Assembly: GCA_000002445.1 (NCBI GenBank)
Contig: CP000066.1
Coordinates: 288,001-352,000, forward strand
DNA length: 64,000 nucleotides
DNA from: Trypanosoma brucei
Lineage: Eukaryota
Direction: 5' to 3'
The position numbers and the translations under genes were made by a program. Below, piece after piece: positions 39,436 through 49,895 of this stretch. Below the pieces are notes generated by a model. It made no database searches, had not been told where the DNA came from, and saw only the letters and a list, made by a program, of their open reading frames with translations. Every line of letters begins with the position of its first letter. Position 1 is the stretch's first letter.

Positions 39436-42400
39436 ATGAAGTACTTTGCATGTCGTTTGGATGACCACAATGGCTTTGGTTTACTTATCGGTCACACACT
39501 TAGCTACTTCACTGCGCGCCGGGCCACGACGAAAGGCTTTAGCACTGCGACGCCGAAAAGCGCCGGCAGCGGTACCGATGGTGAAGACGCCTTCAACTTT
39601 CATGTGCAGTATACAGTGACGCTGCCGCATGTCTTCGGTTTTGCCCCGAAGTGTTTTAGCATGGCCAACTATTCTCTTTATGGAGTGGACATGGCAATCA
39701 TCGGCGGTAGCAATGGCGTGCTAGGTGTAGTGGTAATGCACGATGGCAGCATTGTGTATGCACCGGATCGCAGTCCCGAGGTAATGAATGCGAACAATCA
39801 AAGATCAGCGACTACAACATCCGTTTGGGCTCTATCGTGTGCGGCCAGGAGCTTACCATCTGTGCGAATGCTTGATACAGCCTCCACACTCAAGCAGGTG
39901 GCTGGTGCCACATCATCACCACCTTTTCCCCAACCAATGCCTCTTGCAGACAGAGGTGTTGGTACCGTTACTTGGATTCAAAACGACGCGTTGGTGTTCG
40001 TTGGATTTACGTCGGGTCAAGTTGAGTGGTACCGTGTCACCACCCGCATCCGCCAACCAGAAAGCAAAGAGAAGAGTTCGGAATTGATTAATATCGGTAC
40101 AGTTGGAAGGCCAACACGTTCGGGGTGTGTGACGGGAGCTTTTCCGGCGAATGGAGATATGTTTGCAGGGATGACTAATCCTAGTGGCGCGAATCATCGG
40201 ACCTCAGACAGCTTCCCACACCATCAAAGTACATGGGTGAACAGACAGAGTAGGAGAGAGGGTGCACCGCAGTTAGGTTCAAAAGAGGAGCATAAGGATG
40301 GTTGGTTTGTTGACATCTGCAGCCACTACTCAAGTAATTACTTTGCGGAAACTGGGGGTTTTGTGACAAGCGAATATTTCCCCGCCACAGGCCTTGTGCT
40401 TGCTGCAGCAGAGCGGGCGCTCTACGTGTTTACCAGAAAGCAGCCTGAGACAACGCTTTGCTGTGTGCCACGCACTGGGTGCACTTACATTTCCTGTCAT
40501 CCTTCTCTTCCTCTTGTTGCGTGCCTTGGTTGCGGAAACAAAACACCAAATATCAACGGAGATCCTGGGGAAGGTTCATGTGCTCTACAAGTGTTAGAGT
40601 GGACGGATGAGGGAGAGATGTGTCCAGTAACAGAAATTTGTGTTTTGACGCCATCTAGCGACTCAAGTGCACGCTGTTGTTCCCACCTGAATTGTTCGTG
40701 GAATCAGGGCGCCGAGCTGCAACTTGCGGTGTGCAACATGAAGGAGTGTGCCATTCAGTTGTTAAATCTCTCGCGTGCGGAGGAGTGGGTACACTGTGAG
40801 ACAGTACCAACTGCACGCCGTCGCTGGTATGAAATAATCTTCAACCGCGAACTGCACCACCCCTTGCGTTCACTCGTAAACGCAGAGTTCATATTACCGC
40901 GCGTGCTTGAGCAAGACCGAAAGTTGGCGAAACCACCAGCTTTCGCCAGTGACCCTGCCGCTGGTTGCCATGAACGAAAGGGTTCGCATCCGAGGGATTC
41001 TTTGGAAACCAAACGGGGTTCAACAGCAACCCTTAGCAAGGAGGCACCCCCCGCGTTGCTTGCACCGAATCCAGTGCAGGATGGTGAGGGGTGTCTTGTT
41101 AAGAATACAGTCGCTGGAGATGAACGAAGCACCCAGTCTCGAACCAGTGAGATCGCCCCTTGCCGTGCAGTGCCGTCAGTAAGCACTGTCCCTCACGTAA
41201 TTGTTGTGAACACTGTTGGTGAAATTGCGGTAACTCCCCTTCACACCGAGACAAAAGTCGCTTTCTTCGGATTGAACAGTATTGTTGCGGGTATCGGGGC
41301 GACTGTTTGCGCAATCAAGACACCAGCCAAGGAAACTAGCATTAGCGGCTGTTGTGCGGGAGCGCCGACTGCGACGATTACTTTAAGTGTGCCGTTTCCT
41401 TCAAGGAGTGTTCCGGTAACCGCACGTGAAGAGCAGGCCCGTGCCAGCATGGCGGACACGATTGACATCGAAGAGCACATGAGGAAGCGCCTTGCGGCTG
41501 GATTTGGAGTTCCTGCGGCAGCTAATGTGGAGGCGTTGACCAAGTTGAACGGTACTTCCGCCTACGATGTGGACGAACGTGTTCTGTTTTCGTATATCGC
41601 GATTATGGAGAAAGTGGGACTGGTGCGGTGTGATGGTCCGGTACCTAGTATCGTGGAGTTGCTCACTCTTCGTGGCGCACCGAACACTACGCAACTCACC
41701 GACATGGGTTTATTGCCGCATAATACAGCTGTTGTGTGTCGGTCATCCACTTCACAGAATGACTCCAGACGTTTGCTACTTCTTCACTTACTCAACTGGA
41801 TTCCCTCACGAAGTGAATCTCCACAGCGGAACCAGCAAACTCCTGCCACACGAGCGGACGTGGAGCGCGCTGTTGTGGTGGATGTGCTGCATCGGCAGCG
41901 TCTGCGTGCTGCTACATTTCTGCGCCAGCAACTTCACATAGACTCGAACTACAGCATCGTGGCTGGACTAATTGAAAACTATGACAAAGTGGCTAGTGCC
42001 ATGAATGATTGTGCGGGTGAGGTTCGAGAACCCTTTCTTCAGCGTTTGAGTCCTTGGCTACGAGTTGTCTTCACCTTCGAAGCTGACAAGATGGCTGTTT
42101 ACAAGAATGAGGCGCTGCCGTTCTGGGATCGAGTTGCCATTGCACTCATTCTGGAGCACGACACAAAACTTCTTGTTGAATTGCTTCGTAACACTTTTGC
42201 GCCTTTGTGTAATATGGTTCAGGAACTATTGTTGTTTGGAGGTATCTCTGCAAAAACATGTCAACTTATGCAAACAATCGTTGACTGCACCGGAGACTTC
42301 CAATTAGCGGCGTGTCTCTTCGCTCGCATTGGAGTCCACGCGACTGCTACTAGGGGAACGGTCCGAGAAGGTGAATCTGCTTTCAACAGGAATGGTGTGC

Positions 42401-42879
42401 ACGATGATTCCAGCTGGTTCAAGGAGAGCAGTACTGGTCGCCGGGACGAAGTCAACACTGTGGCCAACTATTGGGCACTTTGGTCGGGAGCATATCGTTC
42501 GTTTCTTGACAATGAACGGGAATTTGTTAAGCGAGTTGTGTTTGACCAACAGTGTCAAAACTGTAGCAAGTTATTATATTCTGGCGAGCATGGGACACGC
42601 ACAAAAATAGAAGTGTTGGAGCGAAGTAACAGCACTGGACATGCAGCTGGGGGCCCCGTGACAACATTACAGTTGCCGGTTGCCAATCAGCGTCGTTGTT
42701 ATGTATGTTCTTCCTCTGTACGGCTGGGACCGCTGATGGCAAGGAGTAGTTACGCCCACTGTGCAGTCTGTGGACATGGTGGCCACATCCATCACCTTCA
42801 GGCGTGGTTCCTCGCTCACCAGAAGTGTGCAGCTGCTGGGTGTGGCTGCCACTGTGCGGTGGACGGTCATGTTTCATAG
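39436..42879 (+). CDS. Second WD40 plus C-terminal zinc-ribbon/RING protein, MIOS/Sea4-like. It is a paralogue of the upstream gene.
   Basis: WD-like N-terminus (LVFVGFTSGQVEWYRV). C-terminus CQNCSKLL...RRCYVCSSSV...CAVCGHGGHIHHLQAWFLAHQKCAAAGCGCHCAVDGH closely resembles the MIOS tail (C.TCGHGGH.SH..EWF....CP.GCGCHC). ATG at 39436; the track start at 39424 is GTG. Confidence 0.55.
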   Translation: MKYFACRLDDHNGFGLLIGHTLSYFTARRATTKGFSTATPKSAGSGTDGEDAFNFHVQYTVTLPHVFGFAPKCFSMANYSLYGVDMAIIGGSNGVLGVVVMHDGSIVYAPDRSPEVMNANNQRSATTTSVWALSCAARSLPSVRMLDTASTLKQVAGATSSPPFPQPMPLADRGVGTVTWIQNDALVFVGFTSGQVEWYRVTTRIRQPESKEKSSELINIGTVGRPTRSGCVTGAFPANGDMFAGMTNPSGANHRTSDSFPHHQSTWVNRQSRREGAPQLGSKEEHKDGWFVDICSHYSSNYFAETGGFVTSEYFPATGLVLAAAERALYVFTRKQPETTLCCVPRTGCTYISCHPSLPLVACLGCGNKTPNINGDPGEGSCALQVLEWTDEGEMCPVTEICVLTPSSDSSARCCSHLNCSWNQGAELQLAVCNMKECAIQLLNLSRAEEWVHCETVPTARRRWYEIIFNRELHHPLRSLVNAEFILPRVLEQDRKLAKPPAFASDPAAGCHERKGSHPRDSLETKRGSTATLSKEAPPALLAPNPVQDGEGCLVKNTVAGDERSTQSRTSEIAPCRAVPSVSTVPHVIVVNTVGEIAVTPLHTETKVAFFGLNSIVAGIGATVCAIKTPAKETSISGCCAGAPTATITLSVPFPSRSVPVTAREEQARASMADTIDIEEHMRKRLAAGFGVPAAANVEALTKLNGTSAYDVDERVLFSYIAIMEKVGLVRCDGPVPSIVELLTLRGAPNTTQLTDMGLLPHNTAVVCRSSTSQNDSRRLLLLHLLNWIPSRSESPQRNQQTPATRADVERAVVVDVLHRQRLRAATFLRQQLHIDSNYSIVAGLIENYDKVASAMNDCAGEVREPFLQRLSPWLRVVFTFEADKMAVYKNEALPFWDRVAIALILEHDTKLLVELLRNTFAPLCNMVQELLLFGGISAKTCQLMQTIVDCTGDFQLAACLFARIGVHATATRGTVREGESAFNRNGVHDDSSWFKESSTGRRDEVNTVANYWALWSGAYRSFLDNEREFVKRVVFDQQCQNCSKLLYSGEHGTRTKIEVLERSNSTGHAAGGPVTTLQLPVANQRRCYVCSSSVRLGPLMARSSYAHCAVCGHGGHIHHLQAWFLAHQKCAAAGCGCHCAVDGHVS

Positions 42880-43284
42880 GGTGGGCAAGGGATAATTCTT
42901 CCCTTCCCTCGTTACTTTAAGCCCTGTTTTATTTCAATCTCCTAGGATTCCTGTTGTACTCTTGCATTTGAGGGGCTATATACAACGTATATACATAAAT
43001 GTCATATCTGTGTCGACTGTTGCCCTGCTCTACTTTTCCCCACTTGTTCGCTTCTGCGGGATTGGCAAGGAACACAAGAGACGCACAAAATTGCTTTCTC
43101 ACGCTGTGGTGCTTCCCCTTTCTGATTCTTCTGGTAACTGCTTGGAACATCATCGCTCCGGCTCGTTTCTGTAATATTTTCTCGATTTTATTTATTTCAC
43201 CCTTCTTCATCGACTCCACTCGGGTCGAGTGAAAGTGGTAGTACAAGTGACACACCCGCGTTGGCCCGCCGCGAGGCGCCACGC

Positions 43285-46200
43285 ATGCGAGGAACTGTTT
43301 TGATCTTTGGCAGAAAATTTAGTTGGAATGCTGTGGTCGACGAGTACGGTCACCGACTTCCTCAATGTGCAGGATTGAGTTCCACGCGTAAGAGGCTCTT
43401 GCTAAAAGATTGGAGGTATTTCACATCAACTGGGAGTGAAGAATCACTGACAACATTCTTTAGAAGTGGCCATAAATGTACGAATTCTTTAGAAGATGGA
43501 GATGATGCGCACGCTCACGTAAAAGGTAATGCTGACGTCGTGTACAACGACGGTCAGCAGGGTCGAAAGATCCATCGGGCCCTCCGAGGTGTTGCAGAGT
43601 TTATTGCAGCAACCGGAACCTTTGACGATGTGTGTGCTCCGGGTGAGCGTGGCTACTCAGATGTTTCATTAGCGGTTGAGGGTTTGAAGCGTGCCCGGCT
43701 TGCTGTAGAGTACACGGGAACTGTTCTTTCGCTTTCAAACGATCGGCGGGATGGAATGCTGGCACAGGCGCTTTCTCGAAATCGCCGCAGTGACGAGGAA
43801 GTGGTCAACCAGCAACACTTACGATCTCATTGTGGCGAGGTGCTCAGCCCCTTGGAGGTTGTGGCAATAGCACAGTGGTGTGCGTGGCATGTGCGAACCT
43901 CGTTGAAGGGTGCCAAACATCACCAAGGAACCCCGACGAAGTCGCAAGGGGATGCGGAAACTGCTCGTTGTATAGTCTCTGTTTTGACGCGCTTCCTTTC
44001 CATTCTTGTTGAGGAGGGGCTCCGCCGTTGGGCCGTTGATAGCGTTGCGTGTGAACTCGAACTTAGCGACTTGGTTTGCATCGTGACAGAGGAGGCCCTT
44101 CTTGTACTCCGTGATAATAAAAAAGCGTGCACGTCGGTGAAGTTTGCAACACCTTTGCCTACATGTTCTGTTGGGTGCAGTGCCACAAGTGAACAAACCG
44201 CACTCATGGCCGAGCATTTGAAGCCTGGGATGCGGACTTGGGAAGACCTCTGCTTTGGCGTGAAGGCGCAAGAGGCATTGCTGTGCAGTCAGCGAGAGCG
44301 CTGGCAGCGCGCCCTGCGCCTGTTGCTAGATGTGCAGCGGTGGAATGTCCTCGCAACTACAAAGAACTGTACCACTTCAACGGAAGAAGTGCTGACAAAT
44401 GAATGCGAGGGGAAGTGTCAGTTGCTAGCAAGTAAAGCATTGAACATTCTCTCGATGATCCCACATGGGGTGGTCCAAACACTGCAGTACATCTTAGCCC
44501 AGCATGGGCAGTGGCGTTTGTGCATGATGCTGTGGAAAAGGGGTATTCGTCTTCCTTCCGGCGATGCTCCGACTTGTAATGAAACCGAGGAAGAGCGGCC
44601 ACCGCACTCATTACTTCTTCACCCTGCTGGCCTCAACACCGTTATCACCGCACTGGCGCTTGTCAATGGAAGGCCTTCCAAACATTCATTCACCGCGGCA
44701 ACGTCATCCTTGTTGTGCGCAACAGCAACCGCGGGCGGAACGGAGGGTGTAGATGCGAAGTTGCTGCGGCTGCTCTTGCACCTTGGTGTCATTCCACATC
44801 GCCACTTTACAGTTACCGAATTTGCCACCCTACTCAAGGATGCATTTGGTCTTCATCTCCAAAGCAGTCATGTTGACAGCATTCTATCACCTGCAGCTGT
44901 GTGGCGGTGTTCTGAAGGTCTGCCGTCTCACATGCGTGAAGTATTGTGTTTAATGTGCTTCCGTGTTGTCGCGAGAAGTGGGCTGGCCCACACGTTAATG
45001 CTGGAAGACTTGTACGTTATCATATGCCTTTCCTACCGCACTGTGCTGTCACAAATGTGCCGTCCCATGGCAGAAAGTTCCACTCCGTCAACTCAAAGGG
45101 GGAGAGAGAATATAAGTAACTGCGCTGTGCCCAATATTCAAGGTCGTTGCGAACCGTCCCGAAACGGATTATTGACAGTCGGGTTAGCTGCGGCAACGCG
45201 CAGGACGGCCGTGTTCGCAGAAGAGGACATTCGTACAATAACCGAAGCATTTCTCTCATGTAGTAGTAGGTTATTGGTCCCCTCAGAAAGGGCAAAATCG
45301 TTTCAAAGGGAGGAAGAGGTGTATGCTGGTGTGAATTATACGGATCTGCATCTCTATCGTACGCTCGTAAATGTCAGGATTGGCAGGAATGGGAGCACTG
45401 CAATGCTCTTTACAGTTTCCTCCATGTTGACGAGACTTCTCACTGTGATGCCGCACGTTTTTACACTAGGCACCGTGTGGAGAGGCGCGCTTTGTGCACT
45501 GTCGACTAACTACCAACTGGATGCTTGTGACCATCATTTGGCAGCAGCAGCATCTGTATTCGCGGAAGTGATAGTGGGAACGGCTAGGACGTCCAATAAG
45601 GATGCCCTCGTTGACACCCTCGTGTATTTGGCTCCACTTCTTTCGCCATTCGCGATAGGCCAAATTGTGAAAGGTCCTGTTGGACGTCGGCTCAGTTGGA
45701 CTCATTGCCTTGCTCTGTTACCTTATGCGCCGTGCGCTTCTGGTGCGCAAAGATTGATGTTACGGCGCATCGTAAAAGATTGTGACGTAGAAGGGATGTC
45801 GTTTGTTTACTCCTTACTGCGTATGTCCACGCCTCCGTTGCAGTTACTGCCACAAGCGTCACCGGCTGTCTCAACGGACGTATGTACATTATTGTTACTG
45901 ACTGAGCGGAGTTGGATGCGGGCCCTGCAGGCGTATGGCCGATTTGATCTTCGGGTGCAACGTGCCTGCGCCCCGCACATTGTACGCCTCATCGTTACCG
46001 CTGGAGCGTGGTTGCCACACACTCACAACACCGGCGGGGACGCCAACTGTAGCCATTGCCTCAATGGGTTCGACTCGCTGCTCCATACTGCTCTTCAGGC
46101 AACTGAGGGGAGCCGTGTGGCGGAAGAGGTTCTGCAACTTAGTCTTAAACGTGGATTGTGGGCAGGTGGTCTTGCTTTTCATCAGCGTTTGCAACATGAA

Positions 46201-47562
46201 CATTCAGGTATACTTTTGGGGAATGGTCGAATTAAAACGTGCGCTGCAATGCTGTTTAAAGGACTACTCTCCCATACCGCTCTCGCGCACACAATAGCGG
46301 TTGCCCTCAAACATGCTCGTGCCGCGAGATGGGCGGAGGCTTGTATGGTTCTTCTTGAGGACGACGGTAGTCATGATGGTGCTGAGGAAAGTGGAAGTGT
46401 AACACATTTTGGTGTCACCTCTCTCCACCCAGCTCACTGGTCATCGTTGTTTCGTGACAAGGTGCCCCCACAACTGTCCCATTTAGCCCACACCGTGCGC
46501 TACAGTATGTTGTGTTGCCCTGGTTTATGGCAGCGGGCATTGAAATGGTTGCCACCTCAGGCGCTTCCATTTCCGGTCCATCACCAACTATTGCTTGCTC
46601 GCGTTTCCGGTTTGCCAATTGGTGTGGCAGCCGCGTGTGACGCGGTAACGCCGAAGGTGGAAACGACAACGCCACTTGTTGGCCCACCCCTATCACCCAT
46701 GTCGCTTGTGCAGGTAGCGTTGCAGGAGAAGTTGCGCTGCAGCAAGGCATCGGCGACGGTGGCATCTCAGGCGGAAGTTGAGCGCACACTCCGCGTTTTG
46801 CGTCAACGCGGACAGTGGGAACAAGCAGTCTTGGTTTACGAGCATTCGCTTGCTTGCCGTTGTTTTCCGCATAGTGCAAGTGCCACCGTTGTTGGTGCTT
46901 GCCTGCCTTCGTGGCAGGCGTCCCTTAGTTGCTTTGCGCACATGTCTCAGCGTATGCGTCCCGATGTGGCAACCGCTTCATTAGCTTTGCAAGCTTGCAG
47001 GCGTGGTAGAAAATGGAAGATTGCTCTACGTGTCCTTCAGCAATGCGTGCTTACATCTGCGTCCCGCTCGGCAGGTGAGGTTGTAAGAACTGCACCACAG
47101 TTGATAAATTACGCAATACAGGCGGTTTTGGGTGCCGGCGTTTGGGACGCCGCATTAAATGTGGTTCGCCAATATGGTCAGACAATGAGTCCCTTGCTAG
47201 CAAATACCATTCTTCTGACGTATGTGCGTGCGGAACGATACGATGAAGCTGTGAATTTTTTTTATGGCTGCGTTCGCCGTGGAGTGCGACTGCACGACCA
47301 GTCGCTTGATCTTGTGGTAGCAGCAAGCCAAGCAGTATCGGCAGAATACCATGATTTAGCGCGGTTTGTTGGGGTAATGGCGTCAACTTTGGAGGACTTC
47401 TGTCATGTTCATGGCGTGTTGCTGCAACACGTCCTACTTGTTTGTCGCAGCATTTCTGTTCCCCCCCACGCGTTGGTCCTCTCTTTTAGTTGTGATCAAA
47501 CCGGCGTATCCGCGAGTATGGTATCTGATGATGTCATTAATGCGACTGATTCTATTTGGTGA
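43285..47562 (+). CDS. Large (about 1,425 aa) helical-repeat protein, pentatricopeptide (PPR)-like, probably a mitochondrial RNA-binding protein.
   Basis: C-terminal half has degenerate 35-aa helical hairpin repeats, e.g. LANTILLTYVRAERYDEAVNFFYGCVRRGVRLHDQSLDLVV and SLALQACRRGRKWKIALRVLQQCV (PPR-like ...yn.li..y.r.g..deA..ff..m...Gv.pd). The N-terminus is basic. ATG at 43285; the track start at 43261 is TTG. Confidence 0.4.
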   Translation: MRGTVLIFGRKFSWNAVVDEYGHRLPQCAGLSSTRKRLLLKDWRYFTSTGSEESLTTFFRSGHKCTNSLEDGDDAHAHVKGNADVVYNDGQQGRKIHRALRGVAEFIAATGTFDDVCAPGERGYSDVSLAVEGLKRARLAVEYTGTVLSLSNDRRDGMLAQALSRNRRSDEEVVNQQHLRSHCGEVLSPLEVVAIAQWCAWHVRTSLKGAKHHQGTPTKSQGDAETARCIVSVLTRFLSILVEEGLRRWAVDSVACELELSDLVCIVTEEALLVLRDNKKACTSVKFATPLPTCSVGCSATSEQTALMAEHLKPGMRTWEDLCFGVKAQEALLCSQRERWQRALRLLLDVQRWNVLATTKNCTTSTEEVLTNECEGKCQLLASKALNILSMIPHGVVQTLQYILAQHGQWRLCMMLWKRGIRLPSGDAPTCNETEEERPPHSLLLHPAGLNTVITALALVNGRPSKHSFTAATSSLLCATATAGGTEGVDAKLLRLLLHLGVIPHRHFTVTEFATLLKDAFGLHLQSSHVDSILSPAAVWRCSEGLPSHMREVLCLMCFRVVARSGLAHTLMLEDLYVIICLSYRTVLSQMCRPMAESSTPSTQRGRENISNCAVPNIQGRCEPSRNGLLTVGLAAATRRTAVFAEEDIRTITEAFLSCSSRLLVPSERAKSFQREEEVYAGVNYTDLHLYRTLVNVRIGRNGSTAMLFTVSSMLTRLLTVMPHVFTLGTVWRGALCALSTNYQLDACDHHLAAAASVFAEVIVGTARTSNKDALVDTLVYLAPLLSPFAIGQIVKGPVGRRLSWTHCLALLPYAPCASGAQRLMLRRIVKDCDVEGMSFVYSLLRMSTPPLQLLPQASPAVSTDVCTLLLLTERSWMRALQAYGRFDLRVQRACAPHIVRLIVTAGAWLPHTHNTGGDANCSHCLNGFDSLLHTALQATEGSRVAEEVLQLSLKRGLWAGGLAFHQRLQHEHSGILLGNGRIKTCAAMLFKGLLSHTALAHTIAVALKHARAARWAEACMVLLEDDGSHDGAEESGSVTHFGVTSLHPAHWSSLFRDKVPPQLSHLAHTVRYSMLCCPGLWQRALKWLPPQALPFPVHHQLLLARVSGLPIGVAAACDAVTPKVETTTPLVGPPLSPMSLVQVALQEKLRCSKASATVASQAEVERTLRVLRQRGQWEQAVLVYEHSLACRCFPHSASATVVGACLPSWQASLSCFAHMSQRMRPDVATASLALQACRRGRKWKIALRVLQQCVLTSASRSAGEVVRTAPQLINYAIQAVLGAGVWDAALNVVRQYGQTMSPLLANTILLTYVRAERYDEAVNFFYGCVRRGVRLHDQSLDLVVAASQAVSAEYHDLARFVGVMASTLEDFCHVHGVLLQHVLLVCRSISVPPHALVLSFSCDQTGVSASMVSDDVINATDSIW

Positions 47563-47692
47563 GTGCAAAAGGAGCCGCGGCGACTGGTGCTGTTGAGGGG
47601 GCTGGTGCGCTGTAATGTTGTTAAACGACAGAGCCTGTAGCAGTACCCTCGGGGACGGAGTTTGCAGCATTATAAAACACAATTTCATTGCG

Positions 47693-47876
47693 TCGTTATT
47701 TATTTTTTTTTTTACAATTTCTGTTCGGCAGATCTTTTTTTTTTTTTGATGATCTACCTGTTGTTCTTTTGCATGAACGTTAATTTGAACTACAAGCACA
47801 CTTACCACGTATCTCACTTTCCCTCCTTTCTTCTTTTTTTTTTTTACGAACCCATGCCTTCCATTCTATTCTTTGT
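47693..47876 (+). promoter_or_regulatory. Extended T-rich polypyrimidine region between the PPR-like gene and the CCCH gene.
   Basis: Several T10-T16 runs (tttttttttttacaatttctgttcggcagatcttttttttttttttg; tttcttctttttttttttac). Confidence 0.45.
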
Positions 47877-48029
47877 ATCTTAAATTAATATACAAGCATG
47901 TTACGTGCGTGGCCAACTGTGCGAATAATTACAGAGTTTTCTGTGTGTTGGGAACGGTGTAACAAACCTGCACTCGGATTGAGGTGGAGAAGCGAAGGAT
48001 AAGTCAGCGCCTTTCTGCGTGATTGCGCA

Positions 48030-48033
<4 letters not shown>

Positions 48034-48062
<29 letters not shown>
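48034..48062. repeat. (AT)14 microsatellite.
   Basis: Read directly. Intergenic, about 75 nt upstream of the CCCH gene ATG. Confidence 0.95.
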
Positions 48063-48134
48063 CTGCTTGGTGTCCAGACACAGCACGACGAAGGACGCGG
48101 AGTACGTGTTGAAACGAGACTTGAAGGAGGAAAA

Positions 48135-49895
48135 ATGCCTCCCAGACGTTCCTTTGTTTTTATTACAAACATCCCTGATTACTTGCTGCAACCACTCGCC
48201 GTCGGCAACAATAACCACCACAATAAATTACGCGCTTCAAGAGACCCACGCTACGAGCGGCTACGGTCATTCCTCAGTACACACACATCAGGTGTCATGC
48301 ACGTGATGCATCTGGAAACGCGTGGCTATGCCCTTGCCCTCTATGCATCGGAAGAGGAAGCACTTGCGGCCTGCAAGACAACAATCACACCTAAATATCG
48401 GCAGTGTGAATACCCACCAATGGTGTTACGTATATTAGAGCGCCCGCGCCCGGCTCCCCTTCAGTCGGTTTATACACCAACAGTCACGATTGAGGGAGAA
48501 ACAATATTGAAGGAAGAATTAGCAAACACAAGAGGTCTGGAGTTGGTGTATCGCGGCCGTGCTATTGCGCGCTGGTGTCCCAATACGCTTTCTCAGCAAG
48601 ATTGCCCCTTCGGTGCTTCGTGCAACTGGATTCACAAGTGTGCCTATCAGCAGACCGTGCGAAAGAGGCCACGACTTGATCCCGTATCTCAACAACAACA
48701 ACAAAAGCAGCCCATGTCGTCGGAGGAACTGACGCGACTGCGCCACGTAACTCACAACACAAAATGCGGGGAGGAACAACTTGTACCAACCGACATGAAG
48801 TTTGACTTTTCTGTTTATGTTCCCGTGGCGTACAAGGAAGCAGTTGCTCTCGTGGACAGTGAAGGAACTGGTGGAAGTAACAGGTTGGTTGATGATGTTA
48901 TTAAGCGCGTAGAAGCAGCCTGTTCGGCGTATAGTGGGCCGTATTTTGTTAAATTTGCCTTTTGCGGCGGTGCGCCGTGGGATTGGAGCTTGCACAACAC
49001 TTCATTGGGTCTTTCTGCACTGCGCAAGAGAGCACCGTTTCCTACGAATGGCGCGCCTACTCCTCTTGAACGTGATATCTTCACGCAGCAGTTACTGTAC
49101 CACATGAATCAGATGAATCGCTTCGATACGATCGCATTAGCAGTCCATGCTCTTGCTAAAAGCCCAAAGGTTCGTCGGGCGTTACAACGTGAATTGGAAT
49201 ATGACCAATCCCTCACTTCATGCAATGATAAAGGCGACAAAGATGCAGTGTCCCTGCATCTTTGTGTACGGCCATGGCTGTTCTTGCCAACGGTAGGTGT
49301 TGAGGCTACTGTCTTCTTGGAGGGTGGAGGCGAAGTTCTGCGAGGTATTGTCCAACGGAAAGGGGCCGTGCGTCTCATGATTTCACATGCGCTTTTGCGT
49401 CAACAGGAAGAAAAACAGGGCATGGACTTCTCTCGCTTTGCCGTGTTAGGTAGCGGTCAAGACCTCGAAGCGGAATCTTACTTGGAGTCTGAGATACAGC
49501 GTATGTCGCTTCTGGTAAAGCGGTCGGCTCAAAGGCTACAACAATATATTCGTCAACAGCGGGATCGGTTTCCACCAGGTGCTGCGTGGTGCGTTCATAT
49601 TGCTGTCAGCCCGCCCCCCTTAGTGCCGTTTCGGCCCCAGCAGTACGGCAGTGGTGTGGAACAACAAAAGGGGGAGTGCAAGCAGGAAGAAAGTGAAGAG
49701 AGGGTGACGTCCAAGTGTGTAGTTCTCTCCTTACAGGAGTACCAACCAGCTTACGAGGAGCATGTAGCGCTTCATGGGGAACTGCGTGCAGGGGAGGTGA
49801 TGTGGAACACGAGGAAACATGGGTACGTTGCGCTCATTCCGCGCGAAATGTTGGAACGCCTTCGCCTGGAGTCCCAGGTGGAAGAAAAGGAGTAA
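48135..49895 (+). CDS. CCCH-type zinc-finger protein (ZC3H family RNA-binding protein).
   Basis: Canonical C-x8-C-x5-C-x3-H finger: CPNTLSQQDCPFGASCNWIHKC. PolyQ stretch (QQQQQKQ). 586 aa. Confidence 0.65.
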   Translation: MPPRRSFVFITNIPDYLLQPLAVGNNNHHNKLRASRDPRYERLRSFLSTHTSGVMHVMHLETRGYALALYASEEEALAACKTTITPKYRQCEYPPMVLRILERPRPAPLQSVYTPTVTIEGETILKEELANTRGLELVYRGRAIARWCPNTLSQQDCPFGASCNWIHKCAYQQTVRKRPRLDPVSQQQQQKQPMSSEELTRLRHVTHNTKCGEEQLVPTDMKFDFSVYVPVAYKEAVALVDSEGTGGSNRLVDDVIKRVEAACSAYSGPYFVKFAFCGGAPWDWSLHNTSLGLSALRKRAPFPTNGAPTPLERDIFTQQLLYHMNQMNRFDTIALAVHALAKSPKVRRALQRELEYDQSLTSCNDKGDKDAVSLHLCVRPWLFLPTVGVEATVFLEGGGEVLRGIVQRKGAVRLMISHALLRQQEEKQGMDFSRFAVLGSGQDLEAESYLESEIQRMSLLVKRSAQRLQQYIRQQRDRFPPGAAWCVHIAVSPPPLVPFRPQQYGSGVEQQKGECKQEESEERVTSKCVVLSLQEYQPAYEEHVALHGELRAGEVMWNTRKHGYVALIPREMLERLRLESQVEEKE

